64,000 nucleotides of DNA from Raja brachyura (lineage: Eukaryota): NCBI GenBank assembly GCA_963514005.1, contig OY740807.1, forward strand, positions 15,190,001-15,254,000, written 5' to 3'. Made by a program: the position numbers and the translations under genes. A model generated the notes under the pieces. The model did no database searches, was not told where the DNA came from, and saw nothing but the letters and a program-made list of their open reading frames with translations. Below are positions 61,840-64,000 of this stretch, one piece after another. Numbering within the stretch: position 1 is the stretch's first letter; the number at the start of each line of letters is the position of its first letter.

Positions 61840-62052
61840 AAAAACAAAGTACAGCAGATGCTGGTTAATACACAAAATGGTATAAAGTGCTGGAGCAACT
61901 CAGCGGGTCAGGCAGCACCTCTGGAAAACATGGATCGGTGACATTTTTGGACGGGATCCTTCGAGTCTGTAGAAGGGCCCCGACACAAAACATCACCAAT
62001 CCATGTTCTCCAGAGATGTTCCCTGACTATCCTCCAGTATTTTGTGCAATTT
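61840..62052. mobile_element. Degenerate palindromic Penelope-derived element
   Basis: Inverted arms; flanked by repeated tcaccttaaaactag (about 61823 and 62052). Confidence 0.72.
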
Positions 62053-62984
62053 CACCTTAAAACTAGGCACTGATGGCACATCCGGTTGATGCGGCTGTTG
62101 TTGTGGCTCATGTTGTAGCCCGGGCCAACAGCACTTTCTCCGAACCACCACCAGGGACATAACTCTCTTTATCATTGTAGGGCTCCCTTCCCTCTCACTG
62201 GTTGCTGTTTCTTCTTGTCGGCTTTCACTTTGTCCGCTTCCCCCCCCCCCCCCCCCCTCTTCTGTTGCCTACTTCCCCCCCAAAATCGTCAATACCTTTG
62301 CCACTCTCCCTTCCACCACTGCCAAAAGTGATTTTGGTGACTCCAGGTGAGGAGGTGGAGGCGGCAGTGGGGGGGGGGGGGGGGGGGGGGGGCAAACAAA
62401 GCGACAGGAGGAGGAAGCAGTGGTGGAAGAAGTTGCAGCAAGTGGGGAGGGGGGGTGGGGTGGGAGTTCCATGGTGACTGAGAGCGCCCTGTCTGTGGCC
62501 TGAAGAAAGCACCGTCAGCCAGGGGCTACAAGGTGAGCCGCAACAACAGCCATGCCCGCTGGATGGTGTGGCAGCTGGTGAAGGAACACTCGCTAATGCA
62601 CCTTGTGGAAGATGTCAGTGACTCGGCCAGGAATTACTCTCCACACCTCCCTCGTTCTCACTCGCCTTTCCAGTGTTACACCAACTGTGGCCTAAACTGG
62701 AAGAGTAGCGAGCACAGGTAACGCTTTCGTATCAAGAAGAGGACGGGAAGCCCTTGCCATCCTCCTTTTGCAATAACAGATAATTCAGGAAACAGGACCA
62801 GCCATTGTTCATACAAGTGCAAGTTTACACATGTCAACCATTACACAAGTAGGGGAGTGCCTGTATTTCATAAGACTGATTCAAACATCTTGGTTTCGAA
62901 ATTTGCACTTCCTAGCTAATAAAGTTGGCCTCAAACGAACATCGGTTTCTCTGAAGTCAACTACAAGACCAGCCTTAAAATACG

Positions 62985-63241
62985 TACACTTCTATTGGAT
63001 GGGGGGTTTAGACATTGGAAAAATTTAGGAATTATAAGGATAGAACATCTTTACAGGAATGGGAATTTTCTCTCATTTCAAGAGTTGAAAGATATTTATG
63101 GATTGCACTCAAATAAGTTACTTAGATATTTATAAATCAGAGATTATGTTAAATCAAATACGCAAGATTATAGAAATAGAGAACCAGGTTTACTGGATGA
63201 AGTGCTTAATAAGCATCCGAACACAGAGAAATTAATAGCGC

Positions 63242-63329
<88 letters not shown>

Positions 63330-64000
63330 CCTTTTGGACAGGGAAATACCAACAACAGAATCATTTCGACAAATATGGGAAAATGAAACTGGTTTACCGA
63401 TATTAAAAGACTTTTGGGAAGAAAGTTTACAACGTATACATCGTTGTTCGTTAAATGCCAGGCATACTTTGATACAATTCAAAGTATTACATAGATTACA
63501 TTATTCAAAAAAGAAATGAATTAGAATTTTTTCTAATATATCACCATTGTGTGATAAATGTCAGCACATAGAAGCTGATTTAACACATAGTTTTGAAAAA
63601 TGCACAAAACTTAATAGTTATTAGACTGAGATTTTTAAAATTATTTCTATAGTTCTTAAGATTACATTAAATCCTGACCCAAAGCTAATAATATTTGGTG
63701 TTTTCGATTCAAATCAAACATTAACAGTAAATCAAAGAAATTTTCTTGATTACTGTTTAATGATTGGAAAAAAATTAATATTCAAATTTTGGAAGGGACC
63801 ATTATCCCCTACAATCAAAATGTGGACAGTGGAAATGTTGGAGACGTTGCAATGGGAGAGAATTAGATTTATCTTAATGAATAAACATGAACTTTTTGAA
63901 CAAATATGGTCTCCATTCACTGATTATATGAAGGGGTAGCTGGGCTCAGCATTGTAACTCAACAAGTACCCGGTGGTAAGATCAGATGAAAAGGTTTAAT
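62985..64000 (+). mobile_element. L1-clade LINE ORF2 C-terminal fragment
   Basis: WKNLGI..FLSFQELKDIYGL, WENETG..WEESLQRIHRCSLNARHTLIQFKVLHRLHYS, then a CDKC..H zinc knuckle. Confidence 0.88.
63245..63323 (+). repeat. (TA)n microsatellite inside the L1 fragment
   Basis: About 39 TA units. Confidence 0.98.

Noticed and set aside
62200-62520. Pro/Gly-rich ORFs and GC-rich stretch as a possible FLOT2 promoter or exon 1
   Set aside because: Driven by poly-C and poly-G runs; no MGNC-coding exon or matching donor seen.

Overview
Vertebrate genomic DNA, most likely a cartilaginous fish (skate/ray-like, inferred from the CR1, V-SINE and Penelope repeat content). The window is almost entirely intronic sequence of a flotillin-2 (FLOT2/reggie-1) gene on the minus strand. 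It holds coding exon 2 (51536-51617), two homologous 91-nt versions of exon 3 (31141-31231 and 30212-30302, a mutually exclusive pair), exon 4 (12321-12444) and exon 5 (4875-4993). Exon 1 and exons 6 onward were not found and presumably lie outside the window. Between the two exon-3 copies is a candidate 74-nt stop-containing cassette with a very strong polypyrimidine tract and a branch-point motif only about 15 nt from the exon 3A donor. The introns are packed with mobile elements: CR1, Rex1, RTE, RTEX-like and L1 LINE fragments, tRNA-derived SINEs, a Tc1, a Tigger/MER47-like element, a P-like fold-back element with an 8-bp TSD, and Penelope-like elements. Many short, often palindromic Penelope-derived insertions have 12-15 bp TSDs and carry minimal hammerhead-ribozyme cores (CTGAAGA-A-GGGT-loop-ACCC-GAAA-CG-TC). 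Repeat family names come from recognition, not database searches, and repeat boundaries are approximate unless a TSD is quoted. There is a 660-N assembly gap at 8238-8897.
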